Assembly (NCBI RefSeq): GCF_009914755.1
Contig: NC_060934.1
Strand: one strand, 5' to 3'
Length of the DNA: 64,000 nucleotides
Source of the DNA: the human T2T-CHM13v2.0 reference genome, Homo sapiens
Positions 16,050-28,547 of the stretch are shown one piece after another. The notes under the pieces were generated by a model that saw nothing but the letters and a program-made list of their open reading frames with translations, was not told where the DNA came from and ran no database searches. Positions within the stretch are counted from its first letter, which is position 1, and the number at the start of each line of letters is the position of its first letter. The translations under genes and the position numbers were made by a program.

Positions 16050-16520
16050 GTTTATCTGTAAAAGAGTAGTAACAATACTGGCTACCTTATAGGGTGGTTC
16101 TGAGGATTAAATGAGTTTATATATGTAAAACGCTAGAACGATGCCTGTCTTATCATGTTTGTTATTACCCTTATACAGGCAATCCCAACCTCTAAGCCAT
16201 AACAATCATGATTCTGTATATTCTTTACCACACTTATTAAGATAAATATATAATAAATTGTTTTTATTATGGGGTAAATTTATGATTCTAAGGTAAGGAT
16301 ATTAATTGACTAAATGAAACCATTAATCATTTTGTTCCTCATAGTTTTAGCATTGGAAGGAAGCTTGGGCATTTTCTAGACTTATCCTCTACTTCTACAG
16401 ATGAGAAAAATAAGGTCATGGAGAGTGCAGACTTGCAAAGTCCACGGCTAGCTGGTGGGTGGCCCCATCTCAGCACTCAGCTTTTCTAAGCTCCACTCAA
16501 ATATTCTCTATAACATCATA
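16050..16520. mobile_element. Two MIR-family fragments
   Basis: atctgtaaaa...tagggtggttctgaggattaaatgag and tacagatgagaaaaataagg cores. Confidence 0.65.
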
Positions 16521-17475
16521 TTGCCATTTCTATATGAGCCATAAAAAGTTATAGACACAGAGGCAGACCACTGTCATCCAATCATAGCATGGGTTTTCTT
16601 CTGATAATATTCCATTGCTAGAATTTGACACGTCTCATTATCAGTGCCACCCAGAAAGGAGCCATGTGCTGGAGAGTTGGCACTGTATCGAGAGAGGCCA
16701 AGATCTTGTGGCAGGATTTGGTCTATTGGTTTTATTTGGAAAGTTGCACATAGCTTCTCTACCCCACAAATTAAAAGTAGAGTTACTATAATTTAGTTTC
16801 TAAGTATGCCACGTAAATTCAAATTATATTGTGTTACTGTTACTGTAGCTATCTTTAAAAACTATTTTTTAAACCAATATCAATATATGGGAAAACTCAG
16901 AAATGGTCATATGCAGCCACAATTTCTGTTTGTCATAAACAGAGAAGAATGCCTTGAATGTAATACGTTGTTTGGGCAGATCTGTTTTGGTCTGCTGTGA
17001 TTGACCATCAATTATAACCATGACTGTTATGCAGAGTGTATAATTTAAGAGCGGTGGTTTGTGAAGGATGAGCAAATGCCAAGTTTGAGAAGGAAGTTTG
17101 AGTTATTCTGTTAACCAAATATATCTTAAAATACTTTTAATTTTTCAAGAATCTTCTAATCTCTGCATATTTGGCTTTGCGATGTTACAAAATCAAAATA
17201 ATGTATTCCTCTTACAATATACAATTCATGGGGAGGGAAAAGGAATACTTAATTCAGGAATTCTGTAATGAGAAGGCTTCAGAGAAATGTACTAGGACCT
17301 AAGACCAAGAATTCAGATCCAATAAGTTGTCTTATTGAAGACCAAAATAGAAACTGTGAGAATGTGGTGGGAAAAGTTTTTGAGATGTTAACATTTACTT
17401 TCTTTTCATTCCCATAGGATTAAGAATAAAAGCTATTTGTACTTTTTTCTATATTTTGATTTCTCCACTTCAAGA

Positions 17476-17869
17476 AAAGAAGACACAAACAAATGGAAGA
17501 ACATTCCATGCTCATGGATAGAAAGAATCAATATCGTGAAAATGGCCATACTGCCCAAGGTAATTTATAAATTTAATGCCATCCCCATCAAGCTACCAAT
17601 GACTTTCTTCACAGAATTAGAAAAAACTACTTCAAAGTTCATATGGAACCAAAAAAGAGCCCGCACTGCCAAGACAATCCTAAGCCAAAAGAACAAAGCT
17701 GGAGGCATCACGCTACCTGACTTCAAAGTACACTACAAGTCTACAGTAACCAAAACAGCATGGTACTGGTACCAAAACAGAGATATAGACCAATGGAACA
17801 GAACAGAGCCCTCAGAAATAATACCACACTTCTACTACCATCTGATCTTTGACAAATGTGACAAAAACA
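17476..17869 (+). mobile_element. Internal L1PA (about PA4-PA7) ORF2 fragment with no 3' end
   Basis: Translates without interruption to L1 ORF2 ([28 protein letters not shown]...[16 protein letters not shown]). No 3' UTR, poly(A) or TSD seen. Confidence 0.95.
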
Positions 17870-17926
17870 GAGCATACTTTTGAAATTCATCCACGCCATT
17901 GCATTTATCTGTAGTTCTGCACAGGA

Positions 17927-18373
17927 CTGCGAAGGGTTTGAAATTTTACCCTGCTCACATGCTGACAAGTGAGCCTGCCACTGTTTCATGGATTCTGGCA
18001 GGAGACACTAGATCATTGGGTCAGAGATGAGGGACTTTGTTGCTCATAACCCAGCAGGAAGCGTGTGTTTCATCATGTTCCCTTTGTCCTGCAAGTCCCC
18101 AAGTAGCCCTGAAATGTGGCACACTCATAGGGTCCGTGTCATAACTAAGGAAGCCTGGGCTTATCATTCCACCAGGCTGAGAAGGGGCTGCCATTGAACC
18201 TACCTAGTGTTAACCCTAGAGGAAGACATTTAGTCAGAAAACAGAGTGCCACAGTACAGTCACTCTGTCTGTCCTCACAGGCTGTTTTTCATACAAACAT
18301 CCAAGAAAAGATAGTCCCAGAGAAAAGCTGTCATAAGACATGTAGAAACCCCATGGAGAATTGTCTTCAAACA
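17927..18373. mobile_element. ERVL-type solo LTR (MER74/MER54-like)
   Basis: tg...aca termini; aaattttaccctgctc...gcctgccactgtttcatgga...ccatggagaattgtc motifs. Confidence 0.6.
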
Positions 18374-18861
18374 AATGGATTCCTTTTCCTTGTTGCATAG
18401 TATTCTGTTTTATGGATACACTGCCACAATGCATTTATCCATTCACCAGTCCATGGGTATTTTGGTTGTTGCCAGGATTGGGCTAATAAAGCTACATTAA
18501 ACATAAATGAGTATTTCTTTGTGCGAACATAGTTGGTAAACATCTAGGTGTGGGATTGCTGGGCCACAGAATAAGTATATGTTTAATTTTTTAAGAAACT
18601 GCCAAAATATTTTGCCTATTGGCTACCACTTTGCACTTCCAACAGCACAGTATGAGTGTCGCAGCTGCTCCACATCTATGTCCAATACTTAAGGCCACTC
18701 TAGCATGTAGAAAGTGGTTAACTCCTTGTGGGCTTAATTTACATTTTTTAAGGAATGATGATGTTGAACATCTTTTTTATGTTCTTACTTGACATGTTGT
18801 ACCTTCTTTTTTTAGGTTTCTGTTCAAATTTAAAAAAAAAAAAAAAAACTGGTTAATTTTC

Positions 18862-19149
18862 CTTTTTTTCTTTTCTTTTTCTTTTTTTCTTTTTTTTTTT
18901 TTTTTGAGAATAGATCTTGCTCTGTCACCTAAGTTGGAGTGCAGTGGCACCATCATAACTCATTGCTGCCTCAAATTCTTGGGCTCAAGCGATCCTCCTG
19001 CTTCATCCTCCTGAGTAGCTGGGACTACAGGTGCACATCATCATGCCTAATTTTTTGGGTTTTTTTGGTAGAGATGGGTGTCTCACCATGTTGCCCAGGA
19101 TTGTCTTGATTACCTGGGCTCAAGCAATCTTCCCATCTTGGCCTCCCAA
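18862..19149 (-). mobile_element. AluJ, 5'-truncated
   Basis: J-type diagnostics (gggctcaagcgatcctcc) and a T-rich tail. Confidence 0.85.
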
Positions 19150-19182
19150 TTACTTGTCTTCTTAATATTGAATTGTAAGTTT

Positions 19183-19652
19183 TGACAAAACTCTCTCCTT
19201 GACCAAACTTTCGACAGCCTCCCCTGAACTCTCTTTTCCTCTTAGCCGCTTCCTCGGCCCCTGTTTTCGGCCTGCCCAGTTTAGCTGTATCCCAATTTAG
19301 CCCAGGTTTTGGCCTGCCCAGTTTACCAGGAATCCTGCTGAGTCAGTTTAGAGAGAATCCTCCACCCGTGATACCTGATCACATGTCTCATTCCAGATCC
19401 TTAATGTATGAGCCCTTAGCCTGCCTTTAGCTAGAAACCCCCTACCTGTGATTATGCTGCCTCCTCCTAATCTTTGTTCATCCACTGAGCCCTCACTCTG
19501 CCCATTGGCTGTAATATCTGCTATCTTGTTTATATTCAGAGTTGAGCCTGATCTCTCTCCCCATTATGATAATTCTGACACTTATTACAATCATCCTAAA
19601 TAAAGTCCTTCTCACTGTTTTAGCATGTGTCAGAGTCATTTTTCCATTAACA
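19183..19652 (+). mobile_element. MER31-like ERV1 solo LTR
   Basis: Begins tgacaaaactctctccttgaccaaacttt, has aataaa near the 3' end, and ends taaca. Confidence 0.75.
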
Positions 19653-19821
19653 GTGTTCTTATACAGTCTGGATACAAGTCCATTCTCAGGTGCATATTTT
19701 TGCAAATATTTTCTCCACATCTGTGCCTTGCATTTTCCATTTTCTTAGCATTGTCTTCTACAGTGCAAAGGTTTTAATTTTGTTAAAGTCCAATTTATGA
19801 ATGTTTTAATATAAGTACTGC

Positions 19822-20125
19822 TTTTTTAGTTTATTTTTTTTGAGACAGAGTCTTGCTCTGTCGCCCCAACTGGAGGGCAGTGGTGCAATCTAGGCTCACT
19901 GCAACCTCTGGCTTCCCAGTTCAAGAGATTCTTCTGCCTCGGCTTCCTGAGTAGCTGGGATTACAGGTGCCTGGCACTACATCTGGCTAATTTTTTTGTA
20001 TTTTTAGTATAGACGGGGTTTCACCATGTTGGCCAAGCTGGTCTCGAACTCCTGACCTCAGGTGATCCGCCCGCCTCGGCCTCCTAAAATGCTGGGATTA
20101 CAGGCATGAACCACCATGTCTGGCC
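19822..20125 (-). mobile_element. AluSx-family element
   Basis: Full dimer; ctgacctcaggtgatccgcccgcc. Confidence 0.9.
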
Positions 20126-20429
20126 AGCAATAGCTTTTTGTGTCCTATGAGAAATCATTATCTAGCTCAAGATCCCCAACATTTTCTCATGTTTTCTTAT
20201 AGAAGTCTCATAGTTTTAGCCCTTACATTTAGGTATATGATTAATCACAATAGCATGACTTATGATTTATTTATTGATGTTTTTAGTTTTTCTGGCAAAA
20301 AGTAATATTTGAGATTTTTTCTTTCCTTTTCCTTTTTTTGTGCATATAGATATTCAGTTGTTCCAGTATTATTTACTAAAATACTTCTCTTTCTCTGTTG
20401 AAGAACTTTAAAGTCTATGTCAAATCATG

Positions 20430-21765
20430 AAAACAGACACATAGACCAATGGAACAGAATGGAGAGTACAGAAATAAAGCCAAACACCTAGAAGCATCTG
20501 ATCTTGACAAAGTCAACACAAACAAGCAACGGGGAAAGGACTCCCTACTCAATAAATTGTGTTGGGATAACTGGCTAGCCATATGCAAAAGATTAAAACT
20601 GAACCCCTTCCTTATACCATAAACAAAAATCAACTCAAGATGGATTAAAAACTTAAGTGTAAAATCTAAAGCTATAAAAACCCTGGAGGACAACCTAGAA
20701 AACTCTATTCTGGACATGGGTCCTGGCAAATATTTCATGACAAAGATGCCAAAAGTAATTGCAACAAAAACAAAAACTGACAAGTGGGACCCAGTTAAAC
20801 TAAAAAGCTTCTGCGCAGCAAAAGAAACTCAACAGACTAAATAGACAACCTACAAAATGGGAGAAAATATTTGCAAACTCTACACCTGATAAAGATCTAA
20901 TATCCTGAATTTAAAAGGAACTTAAACAAATTAACAAGCAAAAAACAACCCCATTAAAAAGTGGCCAAAGACATGAACAGACACTTTTCAAAAGAATACA
21001 TACAGGTGGCCAACAAGCATATGACAAAAAGTTCAACATCACTAATCATTAGATAAATGCCAATCAAATCGATAATGAAGTACCATTTCACACCAATCAG
21101 AATGACTATTATTAAAAAGTCAAAAAATAACAGATACTAGCAAGGTTATGGAGAAAAGGGACTGCTTATGCACTGCTGGTGGGAATGTAAATTAGTTCAA
21201 CCACTATGAAAAGCAATGTGGTAATTTCTCAAAGAACTTCAAACATTATTACCATTTAACCCAGCGATCCCATTGTTGGGTATATGCCCAAAGGAGTATA
21301 AATAATTCTACCATAAAAACACATGCACATGTATGTTCATTGTAGCACTATTCATTCCCAGTAGCAAAGCCATGGAATCAACCGAAATGCCCATCAATGG
21401 TTGACTGGATAAAGAAAATGTGGTACATATACACCATGGAATACTACACAGCCATAAAAAATGAGATCATGTCCTTTATAGCAACATGGATGCAGCTGGA
21501 GGCCATTATCCTTAGCAAACCAACACCAGAACAGAAAACCAAATACCACGTATTCTCATTTCTAAGTGGGAGTTAAACGTTGAGTACAAATGGATACATG
21601 TGTACTTGAGGATGGAGTGTAGCATAGTACCTGATAGGTACAGATTATTACCTGGGTGATAATCTGTACACTATAATCTGTACACTAAACCCCTGTGACA
21701 CACAATTTATTCATGTAACAAACCTGGGCATAACCCCTGAACATAAAACAAAAGATTTTAAAAAA
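20430..21765 (+). mobile_element. 5'-truncated L1PA15/16-L1PB-type element (ORF2 C-terminus and 3' UTR)
   Basis: Decayed ORF2 3' region, 3' UTR and A-rich end; inserted opposite to the host L1M. Confidence 0.85.
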
Positions 21766-22996
21766 TCAATTAACTATGTAAGTGCAGGTCTGTTTCTTGA
21801 GTCTGTTTTGCTGCATTAGTCTATTTGTTTATTCTTACATCAGTACCACACTGTATTGATTTTTGTTGCATTCTAGTAAGTCTTGAAAGTAGGTACTGGA
21901 AGTTTTCCAGCTTTGTTCTTTCTCAATTTTTTTCCAGGTACTCTAACTTCTATTGGTTTCCATAAAAATTTAAAATAAGCTTGTCATATTTTCTGATGAT
22001 ATTATGATTGTGGTTGTGTTAAATCAATAGATCAATTTTAGGGAGATGACATCTTAGCAATGTTTAATATCCAGTTTAATTAACATGTTATATCCCTCAA
22101 CTTAATTAGGCCTTCTTTAATTCCTCTCAGGAATGTTTTGTAGTTTTCAGTATATAAGTAAGTCTTACGTAAATTTTGTTAGATTTAAATTTAAGAATTT
22201 TATTTTTGTGTTGTTATAAATAGTATCATTTACTGAACTTCAGTTTTTTTCCCCTAATGTATGAAAATTAATTGATTTTTGAATCCAGTGACCTTGCTAA
22301 GCTCACCTATTAGTCTTAATAGTTGATTTGAAAATTCCTTGTGTATTCTAGGTAGACACTAACATTGTTTCCAAATACAGAAGTTTTACTTCTTCCTTTA
22401 CCATCTGTATCCTTTGGTTTCTGTTCATTGCTTTGTTTGGCTGTCTGAGCCCTCTAGCACAGTTGTGAAAAGAGAAGATAGGGGTGAACACCATTACTTT
22501 GCTCTCCATCCTAGAGAAAGAAGCACCCAATATTTCACTATTAAGTATGATATTAGCTACAGATTTTATATAAAGACTGCTTTACTAATTTTAGTGAAGT
22601 TCTCTTCTATTCATATTTTGCTAAGAATTATGAGTAAGTGTTGGAATTTTCTTCAATGCTTTTATGCACTTAATGAGATTATCATACAGTATTTCTTTGT
22701 ATTCTATAGTAAATTGTTTTATTGTTGAATATTAAACTAACCTTAAATTCCTGGTACAAAGCTACCTTAGACATGCTCTACTATTTATTTTATACATTGC
22801 TGCATTTGATTTGTTAATATTTTGTTACACATTTTTGTACCCTATGTGTTGAAGGTTATTGGTCTGCACTTTTCTTTTCCTGTTATGTCTTTTTTTCTGG
22901 TTTCCCTAGTAGGGTAAGTCTAGCTACATTAAACAAATTGGGAGGTGTTCCCTCCAAATGTGTTTTCTGAAGGAGTGTCTATAAACCTCATATACC

Positions 22997-23300
22997 TTTT
23001 TCTTTTTTGTTTTTTTTTTGAGACGGAGTCTTGCTCTGTCGCCCAGTCTGGAGCGCAGTGGCGCAATTTCGCTCACTGCTGCAACCTCCGCCTCCCGGGT
23101 TCAAGCAATTCTCCTGCCTCAGCCTCCCCAGCAGCTGGGACTACAGGCACATGCCACCATGCCTGGCTAATTTTTTGTATTTTTAGTTGAGACGGGGTTT
23201 CACTGTGCTAGCCAGGGTGGTCTCAATCTCCTGACCTCGATCCACCCACCTTGGCCTCCCAAAGTGCTGGGATTACAGGCGTGAGCCACCATGCCAGGCC
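22997..23300 (-). mobile_element. AluSc-like element
   Basis: Full dimer; flanking ctttttctt duplication. Confidence 0.85.
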
Positions 23301-24322
23301 AACTTTTTCTTAAATATTTTATAGAGTTCACCAGTTAAGCTACTTGAACTTGGAATTTTCTTTGTGGAATATTTTTAAACTATGAGGGTAATTGCTTTAA
23401 CAGTTACAGTGCTCTAGTCCTACAGATTTTGTGTGTGTATTCGTTTACTCGTCCTATCAGTTACCGAAGGAAGAATATTGAAAACTCTATTATGTTTACA
23501 GTGTAAATTCTACTGAATTTTGAATTTTTATCCCTGAAAGTTCTATTTGAATTATTTTTTTTCTCATTCTGTTCATATTTTACTTTACATTCTTGAGTGT
23601 ATTTATGTTTTTAGTAGCTGTTTCAGATCTTTGTCTTATAATTTCATTGTCTCTGCCCTTCGTGTCTGTTTCTGCTGATTGCTTTTTCTCCTGTTAGAAG
23701 TCCTATGTTTCAGTTTGTATGCCTTCTAAGTTCCTACTGATTACCATACATAGTACATTGTATTGTAGAGTGCTGGATTTTGTTTCATTTTTTTAAGAAG
23801 CGATACATTTTGCACTGGCATGCACTTATTTGCAGATTAATTGGACCCTGTCAAGGCTTACTTTTTAGTTTGGGATTTGCAGGTGCATAGCAGTCTCTGC
23901 CCTTGAGCTAGCTTTGTTCACTACAGTGGCTACACCCTTTCCAGGACTCTGCCTAATGCCTCCAGTTCTATAAGGCATCACAAATTATTCCTATCCATAG
24001 GTTAGGTTTAAGAATTGTTTGGTAGACTGCTATGTGGATGTTCCTTCAGGCTGCCTCAATAGACCTGTGGATATCATTCTCTCTCTCAATCTCTCTCTCT
24101 CTCTCTCTCCCTATTCTCTGGTATTCTGTCTCAAAATTTCTAGCCGCATCAGCTTCAGTGAACTGAACTCTGCCTCCTCAACTCAGCAAGACCAACTCTT
24201 TCTGGGTTGACTCTCTCTGCCTCCCAGCCTGCAAACTGCCTCCAGGAAATGAGTCTGTCCTTTTGTTTCCTGTCTCTTTTTGTTGCATGATGTTCAATGT
24301 CTGACCAGAGGTTATTCACATC

Positions 24323-24880
24323 CAGTTGAACCTCATTATTTGGGAATTCCACTTTACTACTTGGTAAAATATATTTATAATCTCAAAAGTCAATACTCAG
24401 GGAACTTTTGCATCATTTGCAGCCACGCCCAGGGAGCTGAAATGTTTAAATTGCCCAACACACACGTTCCCAGCTGAGGTCCAACAAGGAGCCACTCTGC
24501 TTTCTTGTTTCACTCATACCATAAACAGGTGTCCTTCTCACTGTCTGTTGAGTGTCGCTTTTCTTACATTTTGTGCGTGTGTGTGTGTATGTGCGGGAGT
24601 TTGGTGTTTTCGTGGTGATATCATTGTTTTAATGGCCCCTGAGCACAGTCCTGAAATGTTGCCTCATGTTCCAAAGCGCAGGAAGGCTGTGACATTCCTC
24701 AAGGAGAAAATGTGTCTTAGATGAGCTTCCTTCAGGCAGAGTTATACTGCTGTTTTGAGATCAATGTGAATGGATCCACCATATTTATGAAATAAGGTGT
24801 TGTAGACAGAAGCCCACATAAAGTCTCAGGTTGATTAGTTGACAGCAGTGTCACCCAGGCCTCTGGTTCATTTCCTTTTT
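24323..24880. mobile_element. MER44/Tigger7-like TcMar-Tigger element
   Basis: cacgttcccagctgaggtc...actctgctttcttgtttca...aaggctgtg...ggagaaaat motifs. Confidence 0.75.
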
Positions 24881-25410
24881 TATTATAGGATGTAAAGCTT
24901 TATTCTAAGTGGCTTAAATCATAAACACATATGCATTAGGAAAATGTATTTCTGAAAAACAAATGTGCTTTTAAAATTCTCAGTCAGATCTCTCTTCGCA
25001 TCAAAAAAAAAGGGCCACATTGTATAACACTAAGTAACCTGTTTAATATATGCAGTCCCTGTTTCTTGTTTCCAAACTGCCCTAGACATGTGGTTATATT
25101 TCTAACTTCTTGACACATCAGTAATCAGGACCTAAACTGGATACCTCCCATACCTTTCATCAAACTAAATAACAGATTCACAATCTCCAGACACCCCTGC
25201 ATTAACAATTGCCTACATTTCAGTGTGTCTGTTTATGCAACTAGATGTTTATCTAGCTTGTCTTCACGAGAACTGGGTCCTGTCTGTATTAAACATTGGC
25301 CTTCCCCTAACATCTAGAAGGGAGCCTCCTTCTCTAATGGGTAGAACCTGTACACCCACAACTCACTCGCACATCCACTGGGCTGCATTCCTAGAAGGAC
25401 TGTCAAACTG

Positions 25411-25414
<4 letters not shown>

Positions 25415-25458
<44 letters not shown>
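25415..25458 (+). repeat. (GT)22 microsatellite
   Basis: Direct read; perfect repeat. Confidence 0.95.
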
Positions 25459-25460
<2 letters not shown>

Positions 25461-25721
25461 AAATCAGAGATGACCTTATGTGCATACAGAATGTAGGTAC
25501 AAGAGTGAATTATTTTGTGGGCCTTCAAAAGATCTCCTTCCCACAGAGCATGAAACCCTAAGATTAAATAACTAATTCCTTGGAGTCAGTAAATCTGTTC
25601 TTTTTAAAAACCAGGGAACTTTATTGTATATATTCTTTGTAACTTAGCGTTATCCTAGATACGGGATCGTGGTAATCACAGATTCTGATTTTCAAGAAGA
25701 GCTCTGTGTTTGCATAGCCTT

Positions 25722-25753
<32 letters not shown>
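25722..25753 (+). repeat. (CT)n microsatellite
   Basis: Direct read. Confidence 0.9.
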
Positions 25754-26699
25754 GTGTAGATTATCCACTAGATCACTTGTTCCAGAAAACAAAGTTGTTC
25801 TGAGCCCAATACAAACGACCCCAGAGATACAACAGTCATTTCCCCTGTAAGTCTAAACTACCGTCAGATCTGCTGAGAAACTGAAATTTGAAAGTGAAGA
25901 GAAATAGCAAGAGAGGGCTGCTGCTTGAGGAAGGAGGTGCTGTGAGAAGTTCTGAGAGAGAGGCAATGGCTACAGGAGACAGGTGGAGTCAGAAGGTGAA
26001 ATCACAATTTTGGATGGTATTTTAAAGGGCTACAATTGCGTATTTACAACAGCTCAGCCAAGTTGTAATTGTAAAACTATACTGACAGCTCCCAATGTTT
26101 GCCACTTCACAATTTGACAATGGAAATTATTTCCATAATCTTACGCTTCTAATTCAACAGTTTTCAGAAGTCCCTGAAATCTGTTGTTGGAAACTTGCCA
26201 CATATTTTTTTGGCCTTATGCCATGTGATGGTAAATTGTATCAGCCACGAGACTTACACATCCTTCATTAAAAGTATGCAGAGATGATGTGATTCTTTTG
26301 GTCATCTCTCCAGTGGTCTGGGAATCCCTGCAGAAAGAAGCAAGGGTACTCAATACAGCTTCCTTTCTGGACACGAGGACAGAAGACATGACAACCACTC
26401 TATGGCATTTTGGGGAATACCCTGAATTTAAACATTCTGAAAGAGCATCTCAGATTCTGGGTTTGGATACGTCCTGGAATCAGGCCTTTTTTTCTTGCTT
26501 TTCCAATGCTTTGAGAGATAAGCTGTGTAATTGATGAAGACAGTAACTCCTAAGAGAGTTAGTAAATTTGGCTGATAAATAGTTTCGGGCTGGCATATAG
26601 GAAACTGCAATATATTGAGAACAGTAACCACTTTTTACTTAGAAAACTTGTATTTGGGCCCAATATTTCAATTGATTAAAAAAATGAACCTAGGGAAGT

Positions 26700-27370
26700 C
26701 CATGGTTTTTCTTGATAAACTGTCACTACCTTTTGAGCTAGTCCAGCTCTTTCCACGCCTCTGTTCCTAACTCACTCACAGTGATGATCTCTCTCCCAGA
26801 TTAATGTAGTGGGGTCTCTTAATCGATTTCCCACCTCCTATCATCTGACCCATTGATTCTCCAGGCAGAAGTCAAACAATTTCTCTAACATCTGCTTATG
26901 TTCATTGTGGGGTTATAATATCTCAAAGTTTCCTTTTTCCTTGGATAAAGTTCAGCCTAGTCATGATCTAATGGCTGAGCAAGTCTTCTGCCACTTGCTT
27001 CTTATCAATGTACTCCAGGTACACTGATCTTTGAGCTGCCCAGCCTGTGTACCAGCTGCCTCTAGATGGGTGCTCTTCCTGCTTCCCATGGTCATCGAAC
27101 TAGTTCTGCTGATCCTTTCCACGCCAGTCTAAGCAGCATAGCCTGGGGGAGTGCTCTGACCTCCCAAATGCCAGTTGTACCTGGGTTTGATGACCTTCTA
27201 TTTTCACAGCATCCTTATTTCCTCATTTATTTTTCTGTATTCCAATTACCATTTGCCTCTCTGTATCCTATACTTGACTATAAGTTTGATGAAGGAAGCT
27301 TTGTACTTGACCATGAATCTGGGCAGGTAGCACAGCTGGGCAATCAGAGATTTCCTACATAATTATTGAT
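26700..27370 (+). mobile_element. L2 fragment
   Basis: Pyrimidine-rich L2 3' body ending near ttgactataagtttgatgaaggaag. Confidence 0.55.
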
Positions 27371-27829
27371 TTAGAGTCTGGAACCCTGTTCATATATAGG
27401 AAATAAAATCTTATACATATTCTTTCTTTAGTATTTCCTCATAGTATGCCTGCATTCATGAAGTGAGTCACTAAGAACTATTCCACAATAAGGATAACAA
27501 ATTAATTGTTTTGAATTCTGGGAAAAAATATTAGACTGTAAGATCCCATAGTTACAGAGAGGTTTAGAGAAAAAATATGGTCATTTCCCATAACTGCATG
27601 GTGGAGATTTCGTAAAAGACTAATTGAATTCTTCTAGTGACAGAGACTTCACTCTCTTTCACAGTAATCTATTTCAAAATTGAAAAATCTTGATTTTTTA
27701 AAAGAATTTTATATCTTCTAATTTACGCCCAGAAAGGGGTTTTGCATTCTGAAGATCTAGAAATAACCTATTTTCTCTTCCAAAACTGAGGTATAAAATA
27801 TTTTATTAAAATTATGTTATATATGGTCA

Positions 27830-28040
27830 TAATCTCTTTGTACTGGTATAACAGAATACCTGAGACTGGGTAATTGATTAATAATATAAATTTATTTCTC
27901 AGGGTTTTGGAGGCTGGGAAGTTCAAGATCAAAATGCCAGCCCATTCATGAGGGGTCCATCCTCATGACTTAATCACCTCCTAAGGCCCCACCTCTTAAT
28001 ACTATCACATTAGCAATTACATTTTAACACATGAATGCTA
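27830..28040. mobile_element. MST/MLT1A-type MaLR LTR, internally deleted
   Basis: tataacagaatacctgagactgggtaat...ggaggctgggaagttcaagatcaa joined directly to cctcatgacttaatcacctcctaaggccccacctc. Confidence 0.8.
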
Positions 28041-28249
28041 CAGTCTAAATATATAACTCCAGGTCTGAACGCTTTCTTGAAATCTAGAACTATATTCCTA
28101 AATACCTACTGCATATTTTCTCCTGGATCTCCCATAGGCACCTTAAACTTACGTAGGCCAAAGTTTTATTCTTCCCACCAGATCCACTCCATTTCTATCT
28201 GCATTATTCATTCATCCATTGAGTCTCTAAAGCTGGAAACCTCAAATTT

Positions 28250-28547
<298 letters not shown>

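Larger units (their letters stand above)
18375..24320 (-). mobile_element. Long old L1M (L1MC/L1ME-type) hosting nested insertions
   Basis: T-rich antisense L1 3' UTR, ORF2 and 5' sequence that resumes colinearly after each inserted element. Confidence 0.8.

Noticed and set aside
17437-17883. 148-aa ORF as a protein-coding gene
   Set aside because: It is an L1 ORF2 fragment with a non-ATG start in flanking DNA; reported as a mobile element.
17476-21765. The two sense L1P pieces (17.5 kb and 20.4 kb) as one split element
   Set aside because: They overlap by about 100 bp in L1 coordinates, differ clearly in age, and are separated by older elements.
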